DNA from: the human T2T-CHM13v2.0 reference genome, Homo sapiens | Strand: one strand, 5' to 3' | DNA length: 64,000 bases | Assembly: GCF_009914755.1 (NCBI RefSeq) | Contig: NC_060934.1 | Shown: in pieces, positions 32,051 to 48,320 of the stretch | How positions within the stretch are numbered: the first letter of the stretch is position 1 | How the letters are laid out: the number at the start of each line of letters is the position of its first letter | The notes under the pieces: model-generated | What the model saw: the letters and a program-made list of their open reading frames with translations, nothing else | What the model was told of the DNA's origin: nothing | Databases searched by the model: none | Translations under genes and position numbers: made by a program

Positions 32051-32224
32051 AAGAGCTTCCATTAGTTGTAGCTTCCGTGTAGATCACCAACTGGTAAGCC
32101 CACAGGCTATATATGGATCCAGATGTGCTCTGTTCAGGCTATAAATGTTTAAAATATTTTGGGTTAGTTGCCAGAGTTTAAATATCATATATATTTCCAG
32201 ATTTTCATGAAAAATGAGACTAGA

Positions 32225-32308
32225 ATATATATATATATATATACACACACCACACACACATATATATATATATACACACACACATATATATACACACATA
32301 TGTATATA
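32225..32308. repeat. Compound (TA)n/(CA)n microsatellite
   Basis: Directly visible. Confidence 0.95.
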
Positions 32309-33870
32309 TTTTCCAGACCTTCATGAAAAGTGAGAAAATATTGCAGTATTGGGCCTGGTGATCAGAAAGATTCGATGATCTATCCAAAGTGATACCAAGA
32401 ATAAGTGTCTAAACCAGAAAAAGGGCTCAGGTCTTTTGACTCCCAAACCAAAGTTTGCACCACTTCTTCAGGTTGTCCTCTCATTTCCTTGTCCATTATC
32501 ATTTTCATTACCATTAGCTTGCTTGGCATTTTCTGTACAACTGGTGTTTTCTATTTACAGATCCTTATGTGAGTAAGAATTGTTAGGGTCATGTCTCTGT
32601 GTTTATAACCAGGTAAGTTGTGACAAAAAATCTGTGCATTGACCATCTTTCTTCCATGCTCATTTTTATTTTTCAAAATACCAATTGCTGCTTTATAAAG
32701 ATAATGCAGGTTCACTGGAAGAAAAAGAAGGAGAAGATAGCAAAGGTAGGGGAAAAGAAGTAAAAAATTATAAAAATTACTCCCAATCCTACCCATTAAT
32801 CCTTGTTCATAGAGAACATTGCTCAGGCATCTTATGCACATACAGAGAAAGGACTACTGGACAGAAATGGGGTCATTCCAGATATGCTATTTTAATAACA
32901 ATATTACACTTAATCTTATTTCAATTTGACAAAAGAAAAAGAAACCAAAGTTATACTGTATCAAAAGTGAAACTGAAGGAATTACTGCATTTGAAATAAA
33001 TATTTATCACAAGGAACATTAGTTCTTTAAAGACATTCTAAAGTTAAGAAAAATTATAATAAGCAATATGAGTTTTGAATCATGTGTTTTTTTTTGCCAC
33101 ATTCATGTTACACTTTTAGAGAGCATCTTTGATGCATTCCTAGGAGAGCTGAGGATGTTAGTACACTAAATATTCTCAATCTCCCCTATCTGCTGCTGAT
33201 TTTAGATGGTTCATTTCATTTTATGTGGTTAGGTTTTTAATATTTACATTCTGTCTTGCAACCATAGATTCCATAGTTGGTTAGCTTTTGTTTTAAATTT
33301 AAGTGGATTCAGTGCTCTATACCAGCCTCTTTTCATGTCTTCTCCATTCTAGAGTTCTTTAATTTCTCTCTGGTTTGTATCAATTTCCTCATCAAGTACT
33401 ACCCCTTCTATCCTCCACTCCCCTACCTCCAACATACACACACAAGAAGAGCTTGTAGAAGTTGTAGTCCTTGAATACTTAGAGTCCTGAGAATGTCTTT
33501 CTGTTACTTTACTACTTTGTAGCCTGCCTGGATACAAAATTCTTGAGTCACTCTTTCTTTCTCTCAGAATTTGGTAGCTATTTCTCCATTGTCTTTTGGC
33601 ATAAGGTGCTGAACTTTGTCTCTTACCATGGCTTTTTTATCTGCCTTCTTGTTAGTTTGAGTCATCATTGGATTTTTTTTTCCACAAAGGGTTTATGTGT
33701 GCTATTTGACTTGAGCTTGTCTATTTTCATATTTGAGATGTTTGCTTGTTTCTCTTATTCATGAATGACAACTTGTCTTTATAAGCATGTTCCACTCCTT
33801 CTGACATGGAATGAGACCAGGGAGGGCTTGAAGCCAATGTGGCTTACAAAAAGAAAAAAAAAATCAACTG

Positions 33871-34140
33871 AGGTCGGGCATGGTGGTTCATGTGTGCAAT
33901 CCCAGCACTTTGGGAGGCTAGGTGGGAGGATTGCTTGAGGCCAGGGGTTCAAGACCAGCCTGGGCAACATAGCAAGACTGTCTCTACCAAGAAAAAAAAA
34001 TCCTAAGCTGGGTGTGATGCATGCCTGTAGTCACAGCAACTTGGGAGGATGAGCCAGGAGGATAACTTGAGCCTGGGAGTTGAGTCCAGCCTGAATAACA
34101 TAGCAAGACCTCATCTCTAAAACAAACAAACAAACAACAA
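33871..34140 (+). mobile_element. Alu dimer with a FLAM-like short right arm
   Basis: Second arm runs GGGAGTTGAGTCCAGCCTG without the GCAGTGAG...CACTGCACT insert. Confidence 0.8.
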
Positions 34141-34367
34141 AACATCCTTGTAAATGGCTTGTTTTTCTTGCTTGTATTAGTGAAGATCTGTTTATATTTA
34201 AGGTTCAGTTACAACCAGAATATATCTCAATGTTGCTTGTGCTATATCATTTTTTCCTTTGCAACTTATACATCAGTTATCTTTTGTTGGCTTGTTTTTG
34301 TCTGTCTTCCATTTCTGTTTTCTCTATATTTACTTTAATGTCTCTGCATTTTTCCTGGCATTTGTTA

Positions 34368-34732
<365 letters not shown>

Positions 34733-35329
34733 TTCAATTGTAAGCAAATGTATATTATTTTCCCAGTAGATTCTGTTTATTCAATAGTTCTTCAGTAATA
34801 TTACTTTGGCCTTTGATTTGTTTCCTTAACCTCTATCTTTCATTTCATCTCATTCTATTATCATAGTATCTTCGAACTCTTTTTTTCTCCTTTCTTTGCT
34901 GCAGCATATTTGCATAGCTGCCATACTGCTTTTGAAAATCTTGCTCATGCTTAATATAAGGAGCTATTTTCAGACCTTCTATTTGCTAGGCTATAGTTTG
35001 GTGAATTCTTTCTACTTTGCCTGTTTTTCTTTCTTTCAAGTTTCAACTTGAGGTCTAGGTTTTGTGCTCTACCTACTTTTAATTACCTTGAGGGAATAAA
35101 GGAAAGGGAATTGACTGCTCGGTTGAGCTGTACCCAGGGAGAATTCACCCTGGGAGAAGATTCTAGATTTAGAGTCATGCAATCTTAGCAGAGTCAGGCA
35201 TCAGTAACTGTACCAGCAAAATTCATCAGATGTCACAGAAGCTTCTCAAAAGGATGGAATAACTGTATGGTAAACAACACTTTATTCAGCATCTACTCTG
35301 TACCAGACACTGAAAGAAAAAAATAGCTG

Positions 35330-35520
35330 CCTTTATTATGTATACATGATGTCAGGCCAGTGGTAAGTGCATTATATATAATTTAGTTTGCTCAATACAA
35401 CTTTATGAAATACATTTATCAGCCCTCATTTTTTGAATGAGGAAACTGAGGCTCAGAGAAGTTACATTATTTGCCAAAATCATATAGCAAATAAATGACA
35501 GAGTTGAACTTTGAAACCAT
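35330..35520 (-). mobile_element. MIR SINE
   Basis: ATGAGGAAACTGAGGCTCAGAGAAGTT core. Confidence 0.8.
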
Positions 35521-36419
35521 ATCTAAATCATAAACATTAAAAAGATTCTTTACCAGGAGATTAACATGATATTGGACAACACTTGTAGAACTTTTAGCGC
35601 ACTGTGGTTTGCATGTAATCTATTAAAAGCTTAGCAATTTTCTTTTCTAAAAATATTCTGATTTATAGATAAAATATGATCTAGACTTGCTTCAAAATAA
35701 TTTGAGGGAGGGAAATCTGGGTGAGGGGGTACATGGGACAAGTTTGGCCATGAGTTAATGATTGTAGCTCGGTGAATTAAAGCATGAGAGCTCAGTGTAC
35801 AGATTTAAATAATGACTGCTCAACTAATCACTTTTTACCACAGCAGCTCTTGAAAAGTTATACCTCTTTTTGGGCAATGACCCACTTTCTTTTGGTAATG
35901 ACTTTTCAGCCCATCATACTCTAAGTAAATACATCACAAGAAGTGCTATTTCAACATTATGGTTTTAGGTAAAGACACATTCACCAATTTACTCAACAAA
36001 TTTGCATTGCCTACCATTTTAGGATGAACCCAAACCATTTTGGTTTACATGTAGATGTCAAGAAAGATGTGAAGATGCAGGACCACTGACCACTCTTAGG
36101 TCTGTTTCTTACACGTGCTCTTTTCTGGCTTTAGCTTTTTGCTTTTTCTTTGCTTTCAACATGGTTTTCTATGCCATAACTTAATTTTTAAGTGCAGCTT
36201 GAGTGTAAGATGACCCCGAAGTTTGAAAAAATAGTGGAGAAAAATGGTGCAGAAACTGCCCCTTCCAATAAAAAAGACTTCTTATCTCCTCTCTCCACCC
36301 CTTATGACCCCCATCAAGTCTTTTCTTCCTCTTCGAGTGAGTACAATGAACTTCCATTATGTTACAGTTTACGTATGAGTGGTGTTTATTATTATTTCCA
36401 ATTGTCGTTAATTACTTAG

Positions 36420-36804
36420 AGTTAGAGGTTGAATTGTGTCCCTCCCCAAATTCATATGATAAAGATCTAACCCCAAACCTTAGAATGTGACTATATTTGG
36501 AGATAGTCTTTAAGAAGGTAATTAAGTTAAATAAGGTCATCAGGGTGGACCCACATCCAATATGAGTGGTGTCCTTATAAGAAGAGGAAATCTGAACACT
36601 TTATGTACAGAGGGAAGATAGTGTGAAGATCTAGGGAAAAGACAGCCACTTAGAAGCTAAGGAGAAAGGCCTCAGAAAAAAACAACCCTGCCAACACATT
36701 GATTTTGGACTTTCAGCCTCCAAAACTATGAGAAAATAAATTCCTGTTGTTTAAGCCACCCAGTCTGTAGTACTTTGTTACGGCAGCCCTAGCAAACTAA
36801 TATA
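36420..36804 (+). mobile_element. MLT1B solo LTR
   Basis: GGTTGAATTGTGTCCC...GGCAGCCCTAGCAAACTAATATA; near-TSD CTTAG/CTTAT. Confidence 0.9.
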
Positions 36805-37053
36805 CTTATCTAAACTTGTTTTCCTTATTCTCTTAGGGAAAACATTATAAGGAATGGACTAAATTCATAAAGTGAGGGATAGGTATTTCCCTCACCTTTT
36901 CAATATGTTTGAAATTTTCTATAATAAAAACTTTTTAAAAATTAAAATATGTCTGGCTAGCATGATTTCAAATATTATTGATCTCCAATGACCTACTATG
37001 ATATCATGAATAGAAGCTATTCACAGGGGTGATAGTGAAAATAAGTAATAGCT

Positions 37054-37496
<443 letters not shown>

Positions 37497-37614
37497 CTAT
37501 CTCTGACATATGGATCAAGATGACTCCAGGATTAGGTGATTTGGTTGGTTCTGCACCTCAAGACCCCTCTGTATTGGTCTATTTCGTATTCAGGGGCTTT
37601 GGCTCTCAGATAAG

Positions 37615-37845
37615 GTAATGTGACAAAGTGGTTCAGAGCATTTTTTTAGGAGTTGGACGACTTGATTTTGAATCCTGGCTCTACTATTCACTATTTGGGT
37701 GACTGATTCTTGGATAAACTGTCTTCTCTAAATCCTAATTTCCTCATCTATAAAACAGGGGTAATAATACCTTTCTCTTTTGGTTATTGGAGGGAGTACA
37801 TGAGATTATGAATGTAATGTGCTTAGCATGGTGCCTGGTCACATT
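37615..37845 (+). mobile_element. MIR SINE
   Basis: TTGAATCCTGGCTCTACTATT...TTTCCTCATCTATAAAACAGGG. Confidence 0.8.
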
Positions 37846-38920
37846 ATTACACTTTAGTTCAGGTCCATTTGACATGACCTAGACTGAAATGTCCTGAGCG
37901 TCATTTTCTGTGTGTTATCATTTGTCTTAAGGTGACTAAACTCAGCTGGCATCCTTCTCTTTATTTCACAATTTTAAGCCTCATGTGAACCTCAGACAAT
38001 GAACAGATTTCAACAAGTTTAGGGAAATAGGAAGACTCAAATGGGAAGAAAGTCTACCTACCATAGAAATTCTACAGAGGTAAAAGATTCATTGACTCAT
38101 TCAACAAACATTTATGTCAAGTACTATTCTATATGCTGGGGATATAGCAGTGGATAAAACTGACAAAAATTCCAACCTGAGAATGAAAGTTACATTCCTG
38201 GGGGTGGGAGTTGACACCATGCATCTAGTAGGTGTTAATTAAAAAAAAACAAAACACTTTGCCTCACCTTTTTGAATTTCTATAGTAGGTGTTATTTATT
38301 AAGTGTATATAGTGGCTAGTAAATACACCATTTACTAGCCGCTATATAGTTCTGTGTGGAATATAAATTTCCCGTGTGGAACCAGTGATCAAATTGCTCT
38401 TGAAGATATAAAATAATGTATGCTACATGTACATGTTCTTTGCCCATAGGAGGACTCCAATTAATGGGGAATGAATAAATGAATATGAACAATTGCACGG
38501 GTGGTGAAACTCAGAGTGTGATTTCTAGGCGTAAGGATTGAAGTTCCACCGTTCATGGGTACACACTTTATATCATCTCTTTAACCAATGTCCCAACTCT
38601 CATTGTGATGCACTTTATATTTAGAAGACAGCCCTTTTTCTTTCCTCTCATGCATACTTTAAATTTTCATTATGGAAGGTATTATTCAAATTTTAGACCT
38701 TTCTATTTGATTTTAGTAATGTAAGACAAAATATGAGCAAGTAAGGGAATGGAATTTATATTTATATACTATCTACTATGTGCCAGGCTCTTTTTACATG
38801 GTATATCTCATTACTTTTTCGCAAGAAAACTTTATGAGGATACAGAGAGTATCTACAAATAAAATTTACAGAAAATGTGCAAGACCCTTATGACAAAAAT
38901 TATGAACCCTTCTCAAAAGA

Positions 38921-39311
38921 TACTACGGTTTGAATGTGTGTCCCCTACAAAATTCATGTTGAAACTTAACCCTTATTGTGGTGGTATTAAGAGGTGGGGT
39001 CTTTTTGGGAGGTGATTACATCGTGAGGCCTTGGCCCTTATGAATGGATTAGTGCCTTATTAAAGAGCCGGAGGAAACTAGCTTAGGCACCTTTTTACCT
39101 TTCCATCTCTTCTCCTTTTCCTCCGTGTGAAGACGCAGCATTCAAGGTGCCATCCTGGAAGCAGAGACCCAGCCCCCGCCAGACACTGAACTTGCCTGTA
39201 CCTTCATTTTAAACTTCCCAGACTCCAGAATTGTGAGGAAATACATTTCTGTTTTTTTAATAAATTACCCAGTCTCAAATATTTTGTTATAAAAGCACAA
39301 ATGGACTGAGA
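38921..39311 (+). mobile_element. MSTD/MLT1A-type MaLR solo LTR
   Basis: GGTTTGAATGTGTGTCCCCT...AATAAATTACCCAGTCTC...GCACAAATGGACT. Confidence 0.85.
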
Positions 39312-39666
39312 TGAAGACCTAAATCAAGTGAGATATGCCATACTCATAAATGGGAAGACTCATTATGAAAATAACGTCATGTTTTTCTAATTTAATCTAT
39401 AAATTTAATGCAATTAAAATAAAAATTCCTGTACAGTTTTTCATAGATCTTGAGGAGCTCAGAAATTCATATGAAAGAGCAAATATCCAAGATTCATCAA
39501 GACAATATTGAAAAATAACATAGTGGTACTCATCCTATTAGACATGAAAACTTGTTATAAAGCTACAGTAGTTAAACAATATCATTTTTACCTTGAGAGA
39601 GACAAATAGACAGATGGAACGGAATTGAGAACCCAGAAATAAAGCCAAATATCTAAAGATATCTAT

Positions 39667-39976
39667 CCTGTAATAATAGCACTTTGGGAGGCTGAGGTAG
39701 AAGAATCATTTGGGGCCAGGAGTTTAGACCAGCCTGGGCAACATAGTGAGTCCTTGCCTCTACAAAAAAAAATTTTAATTAGCTGGGCATAGGGGTGCAT
39801 GCCTGTAGTCCCAGATACTGGCCAGGTGTGGTGACCCACAGCTGTAATCCCAGCACTTTGGGAAGCTGAGGTGGGAGGCCGTTTGAGCCCAGGAGTTTAA
39901 GGCTGCAGTCAGCCATGATTGTGCCACTGCATTACAGCCCAGGCAACAGAGCTAGACTCTGTCTCCCAGAAAAAAA
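39667..39976 (+). mobile_element. Composite AluJ
   Basis: Left arm, start of a right arm, then a second monomer start GGCCAGGTGTGGTG. Confidence 0.85.
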
Positions 39977-40344
39977 GAGGTAAAAGAAACCTGATATATG
40001 ATAGAGGAGACATTATAATCAGTAAGGAAAAAGAAAGAACCAGTCAATAAATGATGACCCAATTGTTTATCCATACAGAATACAGAAAAACCATTTTTGA
40101 CTCCTACCACATAACCACAAACAATAAGTTCCATGTGGATTAAAGATATCTAAATGTGAAACTCAAAAAAATCAACCATAAAGGAAAACAATGGACAAAT
40201 ACGATTATTTTAAAATATAAAACTTTTGCATGCCCAAAGATACCAAAACAAAGTAAAAAAAATCACACTGGAAGAAGATATTTGCAATGCAATAAATAAT
40301 AAATTAATGACACCTAGAATACTTAAAGAACTTCTAAAATAAGA

Positions 40345-40640
40345 GGCTGGGCATAGTGGCTTATGCTTATAATCCCAGCACTATGGGAGGCTGAGGAATG
40401 AGGATTGCTTGAGCCCAGGAATTTCAAGACCATCCCTAGCCTAGGCAACACTGTGAGACCTCATTTCTACAAAAAATTGAAAAAGTAGCTTGGTGTGGTG
40501 GTATGCACCTGTAGTCCCAGCTACTTTGGAGGCTGAGGCAGGAGAATTGCTAGAGCCCAGAAGTTTGAGACTGCAATGAGCTATGATCATGCCACTGTAC
40601 TCCAGCCTAGGTGACAGAACAAGATTCTGTCTCAAAAAAA
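40345..40640 (+). mobile_element. AluJ
   Basis: J-type dimer. Confidence 0.92.
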
Positions 40641-40728
40641 GATAGGAAAAAGACAAAAACCCAGTAGAAAATAGGCAAATATATAAGCAGAAGGAGAAAT
40701 ACAAATAGCTATTAAACATATAAGAAGA

Positions 40729-41381
<653 letters not shown>

Positions 41382-41961
41382 GTGATAAGAGAAAATTCCA
41401 CTGACAAAATGGAAATTGGGCTGTATAGGTAAGAAAGAATATGTCAAAGGAGCCCTGTCTTTTAGGTATAGAATAAAAAAGTCAAGCCAGGAGAAGATGC
41501 ACTTTTAAGGAATATCAAAGTGAATAGCATTAACTTTCCAGCTCTAGCAAGTAAAAAGAAGGAACGGCAACACTATCACCAATAAAGAATGCCTTTAAAC
41601 TCGTAAGATGGTGAGGAGAAAAAGAGACCTTTAAATATTTTTTGCTCATTTAAAAAATTTCCTTCTTTCTGAGAAAATTCCCTGTGACTAGAAAACTAGA
41701 ATAATCTGAAATGAAAAAGCAGCCAAACAGTACAGACTAGGAAATGGTGGTTTGTAAGTCATCACCTCTTAAGTGCTGGCTTCATGTTCTACTTTTAGAA
41801 CATAATCAAAGCTAGGTACTCTCTTTCCACAAAAATGCACACTATATCCCCCAAATTTTGCACACAGTTTTAGGGATTCACACACATTTTGATAAACAAT
41901 CCATGGACACTCTCATCCCCAACATAGGGATCCATGGATGCTAGGTTAAAATCCTTCTTTT

Positions 41962-42272
<311 letters not shown>

Positions 42273-42712
42273 ATCCCTCTTTTAAAGAAATAGATTCAGT
42301 AATGTCATCAATAGGCACATCCTGGCTATTGCTGGTGGTATGTATGTATTCTCAAATATTACTACACTGAAACAGTGGAAATGGGATGCCCAGATGACAA
42401 CAAAAAGTTGGGGCAGGGGAGACAGGGAAATGACAAGTAGAAGGATGGTGAGTTTTGGTGTTAGACAAACATGGGTTTGAATCCCACTCTGTTGTGTGAC
42501 CTTTATGAAGGTATTTAACTCTTTAAGTCAGCCTCACTTTCCCCATCTGTAAAATATAGACTAACTATAGTGTCAATTTCATGGGATTCTTGTAAGAATT
42601 CAACAGGATAATTAATATACACAAGACTATTAAACCCAGTGTCTTGTCATACTTTAAACAGCTTAAAAAATGATAGCTATTTATTATTGACCAGAACGTC
42701 ACAAATTGGCTA

Positions 42713-43008
42713 TTTTATTTTTGAGACAGTCTTGCTCTGTTTGTTGCCCAGGCTGAAGTGCAGTGGTATGATCTCGATTCACTGTAAGCTCTGCCTCCCA
42801 AGCTCAAGTGATTCTTGTGCCTCAGCCTCCTGAGTAGCTGGGACTACAGGCGTATGCCACCACACCTGGCTAATTTTTGTATTTTTAATAGACAGTGTTT
42901 TACCATGTTGGCCAGGCTGGTCTCAAACTCCTGGCCTCAAATGATCTGCCCACCTCAGCCTCCTAAAATGCTGGGATTACTTACAGGTGTGAGCCACAAT
43001 GCCCAGCC
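42713..43008 (-). mobile_element. Alu (S/J)
   Basis: Full dimer. Confidence 0.92.
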
Positions 43009-43063
43009 AGTTAGTTTAATTTTCTTTCCCAAAATAATTTTAGAACAATGATTTACATAATTA

Positions 43064-43380
<317 letters not shown>

Positions 43381-43954
43381 AGAGAACTTGTTAACTTATT
43401 ATCCATATAGCTTTGTGGGAAAAGACATCCTTCTATTCTAAAATGAATGTCTGTGTCATGTGCTAGGCAATCACAGCCATATTCCAAGTCTGCTCTTCCT
43501 CCCTTGACCTCTGCCACCCTGGTCTTGGTTTTCATCATCTTTCCCTGGGATTCTTCAATAGCCTCTTCACTTGCTTCCCAGTAACTCTCCAACACATGTA
43601 GAATAAGGCCCCTCTTAAAAGGCTCTCATATATAATCTGGCCCCCAGATAGGTCTTCCAACCCACCTCCTTCTCTCTTTCTACTCTGGTCATACCCACCT
43701 CCACGCTGTTTCCCCGGTACTACACTCCTTTCCTTTCCTGAGCATTGCCTCTTGCTGGTCCCTTTACCTGTGGTTCTCTTACTTCAGAGATCTACATGGC
43801 TTGCTCTGTCCTTTCAGTCAGGTCTCTGCTCAAACTTCACTCCCTCAGAGAAGGCTTCTCTGACCAACTCATCTAAGATGGCACCTCATTGCCCCATCCC
43901 TCTCTATTCCCTTACCTGTCTTATTTTTCTTCATAGCACCTTCCATATCCCCAC

Positions 43955-44663
<709 letters not shown>

Positions 44664-45417
44664 TAGCACAGAGCCTCGCACTTAGGAGATGCTCTGCAAA
44701 CGTGTGGATGAAGGAAAGAGTGAACGAGGAAGCGAGGGAAGAAGTACAAATCTGGTCTTTGTTTCTGCCTCCTGTGGCTCTTGCTTTAACAAGCTTGGAA
44801 ATTCCACACCAATATTTCCCCAGCTGGCGGGAAGCTCCGAGGGAGGTGGGATGGCACCTGCTAAGGTGGGGTGCCTGTCAGTGCAACCCCTGCCCGCCGA
44901 CCTCTCCACAGCCGTGGCAGTGCCCTTCTTTCCTCCTGAATCCTCCCTAATGGACCCTTTAAATAGCACTGGACCCAGGACTGACCTCTCAAAACTCTCC
45001 TCGGTTCCTTGATTTAATGAGAATCTTTGCCTTTCCAGCCAAGAACAATGTCACTGGACTTCTGTTTCCTGACCTTTTAGAAAACCCAAGGATGTGGGAC
45101 AAAAGTCTCACTACAGTTAGCCAGGTCGGTTCTGCTCTGCTGCTGCTCTGCTCTGGATAATCCGTCTTCTTAGCCTGACCAGAGTTTTTCTTAATAAAAT
45201 TAGTATTGTGCACTCTGATCTCTCGAGGTGTTCGAAAATTGGTTGTATTAATTTTTTCCCTTGTATTTTCGTGGGCACCAAAATTAAGCTTACTGGTCTT
45301 CTTCATTTCTCCTTTATAACATAGTCAACATGTAGCTCTTTTTCAACCTTTTGTATGAATTTGAAAGCATTTTGGAAGGGTAGCTGTTATATAATAATCA
45401 TGACATTTACTTATGTC

Positions 45418-45615
45418 AGAGGCAGGACGATTACTTGAGCCCAGGAGTTTGAGACCTGCCTGGGCAACACAGGAAGACACTGTCTCTACAAAAAAAATTT
45501 AAAAATTAGCTGGGTATGGTGGCATGCACCTGTGGTCCCAGCTGCTCAAGAGCCTAAGGTGGGAGGATCACCTGAGCCTGGGAGATAGTGGTTGCAGGGA
45601 GCTGTGACTGCACCA
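45418..45615 (+). mobile_element. AluJ fragment, truncated at both ends
   Basis: GAGGCAGGACGATTACTTGAGCCCAGG...TGACTGCACCA. Confidence 0.85.
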
Positions 45616-45681
45616 TGGCTGCATTTGATTGCAAGTTGTTTTAGCAACATGATTGCATTTAAAGTTATTTAAAAGTTTATA

Positions 45682-45820
45682 GGCTGACCATGGTGGCTCA
45701 CACCTGTAATCCCAGCAATTTGGGAGGCCGAAGCGGGTGGGTCACCTGAGGCCAGGAGTTCAAGACTAGCCTGGGCGATGAAGCAAGACTGTCTGAAAAA
45801 TAAATAAATAAATAAATGAA
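45682..45820 (+). mobile_element. Monomer-length Alu with TSD
   Basis: TSD TAAAAGTTTATA (45670-45681, 45821-45832). Confidence 0.88.
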
Positions 45821-46094
45821 TAAAAGTTTATAACAGTGTTTATAGTTACAATTTATTAAGCACCTACTATGTGCAGCTGTTGTACCAAGAGTATCACATT
45901 GATTATCTCACTTAGTCCAATTAACAATCCTATGACATGGGCTATAATAACTAGCACTTATTGTGTGCCAGTTAACCTATTACATATATCACATTATTAC
46001 ACATATTATTTCACTTAATTCTCTCAGTAACTCTATGGCAAAGGTAATGTGATTATCCCCATTTTGCAGATGAAGGATCTGAGGCTCAGAGAGG

Positions 46095-46489
46095 TGTATT
46101 TTTCTGCTAGGGCTGCCGTAAGAAATGATACAAACTGGGTGCCTTTAACAACAGGAATTTATTTTTCTCACAGTTCTGGAGGCTGGAGGTCCAAGATTAA
46201 GGCGCCTCCAGGGTTGGCTTCTGATGAGGCCTCTTTTCCTGGCTTGCGGACAGCTGCCTTCTGGCTGTGTCCTCAAATGGCTTTTCATCTGTGCCAGGAT
46301 GGAGAGAGACAGTTCTCTGATGTTTCTTCTTCTTTTTATAAGGACTTCAATCCTATTGGATTAGGGCCCCACCCCTTCAGCCTCATGTACCTTAATCACC
46401 TCCTTAAAGGCCCAATCTCCAAATACAGTCACATTGGGAGTTAAGGCTTCAATCTATGAATTTCAGGGAACACAATTCAGTCTATAACA
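46095..46489 (-). mobile_element. MLT1A-type solo LTR inserted in a MIR
   Basis: TG...CA ends; perfect 5-bp TSD AGAGG (46090-94, 46490-94). Confidence 0.92.
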
Positions 46490-46750
46490 AGAGGACTTTC
46501 TATCTATTGGGAGACTGAAAAACAACAACAACAACAACGACAACAGTAAGAGGGCATATAAAGTATCAGTGCAGTCCTGTCTTCCTGTTAATTCTCCAAA
46601 ATAATTCCTAATGTCCCCAGTCAGCCTTTGAAAAATGCCTTCTTTCAGTGGCTAAGGCTGAGCCTTGCCATAGCCTACCCATCTCAGCAAACACAGATTA
46701 TTCTTTCCTAGTGTGTGAAGGCTTCCACTGCTGCTATTAAAACAACTTAA

Positions 46751-47190
<440 letters not shown>

Positions 47191-47604
47191 AAAAAAATGT
47201 TTTGTGTGCCTGCGTGTGCAGCAGTTAGAATGACAGCTGAGGTAAAACACGTATTACAAGCTTCTTCCTTGCTGTTGTTCTCTCATCTGCTTCCCCTTCC
47301 CGTTGCAGCAAGGAACCTGTCACCTGCACTGCCTGGTTTTGGTAGACAATGCCCAGGTGGCGGCGTCTTCCCTCTGACCTCACCACACCTGTGCCTCCGT
47401 GCTGCTGAAGCCCTCTCTGGGATAGGTTGGGACATTTGCTCCTGTCGCTTTCACACGTCTTTTAGTAACTCTTTTCTCTTTTCTTGTTTCAGCACATGAG
47501 AAACTTTCTCCTGCTCATCTGCTTTTGTTAACTAAATGCAGGAGCAGGCAGAGCTGTCTTTACTGCAGGAAGCCACACACACCTGCAGACCCGCCTCTGC
47601 CATC

Positions 47605-47780
47605 TGGTCCTTGCTTCTCCAGGTGTGGTCGGCATCCCTGGGAAGCTTGTTTACACAAGCTTCTGGGGTCTCACTTTCGGGGATTTTGATTCATAGGAAT
47701 AAGGTGGACTTAGAAATCTGTGTTTTAATAAGCACCCCCAACCCTTCCTCAGAGATCTTACTATAAAGCTCAAGAACCAT
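47605..47780. mobile_element. MER5-type hAT-Charlie relic
   Basis: CTTCTCCAGGTGTGGTC...AATCTGTGTTTTAATAAGCACCCC...AAGAACCA. Confidence 0.55.
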
Positions 47781-48119
47781 TCATTGGTCCAGGTTCATCT
47801 GGTCTAGGAGAGTATGAAAGGGAAGCGTAATGAAAGCACATGTTCACTCATGGCTGCCCTTGACTCTTCCTTTGGAATTCTCACTCCTTTTGGCCCCAGT
47901 TCCATGGGTCTTTGTACAACTGGCTGCTACCACCATGCCTGGCTCTGGGGCTCTTCCATTCCCTTGGCTTGGCTGTGGACAAATACATACTCTCTTTGGC
48001 CTGGTGCAGCTGTGGATGCCTGCCAATTGTTTTCTAGTCGTTGCTCTGCTGCTAAGAATTAGTTCACACCAAGTTTTGATCCCACTGATTGAGAAGAAGC
48101 CCAATCAGGGCTCCTGATT

Positions 48120-48320
48120 ATGGTGGCTAAGAGCATGGTAGTTACGGTCTTGGCCATGGAAGTTGGAGGGACCTGAGTTTAAATCTCAGCCCCACTCAGT
48201 AACATGGCTGTGTGGTTTAAGTCAGACACAGGATCTTTTTGGGCCTCTACTTTCAGATCTGCAAAATAGGATGAAGATATTTTCTGTACCTATGTCAAAG
48301 AGTTGATGAGTGGGAAGAAT
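48120..48320 (+). mobile_element. MIR SINE
   Basis: GTGGCTAAGAGCATGG...CCTGAGTTTAAATCTCAGC. Confidence 0.6.

Larger units (their letters stand above)
38860..40728 (+). mobile_element. Old L1M ORF2 3' relic interrupted by an MST LTR and Alus
   Basis: AAATTCATATGAAA, TATAAAGCTACAGTAG, GGAACGGAATTGAGAACCCAGAAATAAA. Confidence 0.8.

Noticed and set aside
44682-45306. Overlapping 82-107 aa ORFs in unique, slightly GC-richer DNA with a TAAATA motif
   Set aside because: No recognisable domain, no convincing splice boundaries, and open frames on both strands as expected by chance.
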